DNA of 64,000 nucleotides from Lama guanicoe (lineage: Eukaryota): positions 372,001 through 436,000 of the forward strand of contig MU056000.1 in the NCBI GenBank assembly GCA_013239625.1. The letters are read 5' to 3'. The position numbers and the translations under genes are program-made. The notes below the pieces were generated by a model. The model was given only the letters and a program-made list of their open reading frames with translations, ran no database searches and had not been told where the DNA came from. Numbering within the stretch: the first letter of the stretch is position 1; each line of letters opens with the position of its first letter. Of the stretch, positions 63,637 to 64,000 are shown piece after piece.

Positions 63637-63730
63637 CTTCAGCGGCAGCGAGTGGTTCTCCAGTTCTGTGGTAGGGGAGGTGAACTGTTTCAGGTACCCG
63701 GATGAGGGCAGGAACAACTTGCTCTTCTCC
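63637..63730 (-). CDS. ZDHHC11: ZDHHC11-like exon, 94 bp (phase 2 to 0); gene continues beyond the window
   Basis: ccccaccctcgcag| ... AAG|gtaagc. Encodes EKSKLFLPSSGYLKQFTSPTTELENHSLPLK, loosely similar to human VKAKSSLLIHKHLCHFCTSVNQDGDS. Confidence 0.72.
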
Positions 63731-64000
63731 CTGCGAGGGTGGGGCATGAGGAAGGGAAGACTGATGTCAGTGAGGGGGGGTGCTCGCTTGGCTGGAAAGC
63801 ACCCCACAGGCACCCTGGTTGTGGTTTCCTCTTATCTGCAGGGCCTCAGAGGAGCGGCCCTGGGAGTTGTTTGTGTGCCCGAGTCGGCTGCACGTGTAAA
63901 GCCCTGTGACTGCTTGCCAGGGGGTGCCACAGAGGGGCCCTCTGCTCCCGGGCCCCCCGGGGCCACGCACTCAAGTTTGGGTACAGCACCGCCCGGCTCC

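Overview
GC-rich mammalian genomic DNA, probably camelid (inferred from tRNA-derived SINEs resembling the camelid Vic-1 family). Gene order matches human 5p15.33. The window holds the last six coding exons and poly(A) signal of CEP72 (+). It holds the complete TPPP gene (-): a CpG-island promoter, a non-coding exon 1, three coding exons giving 221 aa, and a 3'UTR of about 3.4 kb. It also holds the 3' part of a minus-strand gene, most likely ZDHHC11, for which I reconstructed eight phase-consistent exons by eye. The rest is old LINE-1 fragments, MLT1 LTRs, one Tigger-type DNA element, SINEs, a minisatellite and two N-gaps. Nearly all ORFs in the track are GC-rich noise. I see no evidence of a wholly new biological system. 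The best leads are the alternating-phase exon-pair architecture of the ZDHHC11-like tail (a 20-nt microexon and a dual-frame exon), a perfect 70-bp CCAAT-box duplication in the TPPP promoter, an E-box minisatellite and a SOX-motif cluster in TPPP introns, a triple HRE-core repeat, and apparent AT-to-GC erosion of old repeats. Comparisons with human proteins and repeat consensi are from memory, not from searches. Repeat boundaries are approximate.
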